Source: a virus
Taxonomy: Duplodnaviria > Heunggongvirae > Uroviricota > Caudoviricetes
Virus record (IMG/VR): IMGVR_UViG_2541047942_000003
Coordinates: 1 to 32,640 of that record
DNA length: 32,640 bases
Strand: one strand, 5' to 3'
The notes below the pieces were generated by a model. It did not search any database. It was not told the origin of the DNA and saw only the letters and a list, made by a program, of their open reading frames with translations. Both the position numbers and the translations under genes were made by a program. Shown here piece by piece: positions 32,323-32,640 of this stretch. How positions within the stretch are numbered: position 1 is the first letter of the stretch; every line of letters starts with the position of its first letter.

Positions 32323-32640
32323 TCACTCTCCACATTTGAATGTCAGACGAGCGACGCCATGTAATCCTGCACCTTCTGTCTTCAGGTCAACTATCTGCAT
32401 TTTTTTGCCCTGAGTAACACAGAAATGGGCTGCATCATTTTTTACTATATTTTCTGCACCAGATATTCTGCCCCTGGCTAAAGAAGCTTCGGCTTCGGTG
32501 TAGTATTGGTTATCGAGTTTACGCTGAATATTACTTTTATATGCAAGACCAAATTTACCGATACTTGTCTCATCATTATGCACAGCACAACCAGACATAA
32601 TAAAAATACTAATTAATGATATAGCAGCTATCTTTTTCAT
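32323..32640 (-). CDS. Host-side small lipoprotein, 105 aa; possibly YegR-like. Start is at the window edge.
   Basis: Signal peptide with a lipobox (IFIMSGC); lies outside the att repeat. The YegR suggestion rests only on my recollection of the E. coli cyaR-ogrK-yegR neighbourhood. Confidence 0.45.
   Translation of the reverse strand: MKKIAAISLISIFIMSGCAVHNDETSIGKFGLAYKSNIQRKLDNQYYTEAEASLARGRISGAENIVKNDAAHFCVTQGKKMQIVDLKTEGAGLHGVARLTFKCGE

Overview
This window is an essentially complete P2-like (Peduovirus-type) prophage, lying in reverse orientation and integrated at the 3' end of a cyaR-like sRNA gene. A 28-bp att core is directly repeated at 145-172 and 32138-32165. From left to right the + strand carries: cyaR, attR, ogr, then the tail, baseplate, lysis and head genes on the minus strand (D-U-T-E/E'-FII-FI, G-H-I-J-W-V, S-R, lysC/lysB/lysA-K-Y-X, L-M-N-O), then divergent P and Q, then a roughly 5.2-kb AT-rich cargo island, then A, four small early ORFs, B, cox, C, int, attL and a host lipoprotein gene. 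The island straddles a P2-type cos sequence (23282-23300) and holds two candidate anti-phage modules. One is a retron-type reverse transcriptase translationally coupled to a two-transmembrane-helix protein, inserted between cos and the portal gene. The other is a single 827-aa protein joining a Rad3/DinG-like SF2 helicase to a C-terminal PD-(D/E)xK-like nuclease motif, sitting where P2 carries old/tin. All calls come from reading the supplied ORF translations and the DNA, plus recalled knowledge of P2; no database search was run, so family assignments for the cargo genes are hypotheses. No tRNA, rRNA or CRISPR array was found.
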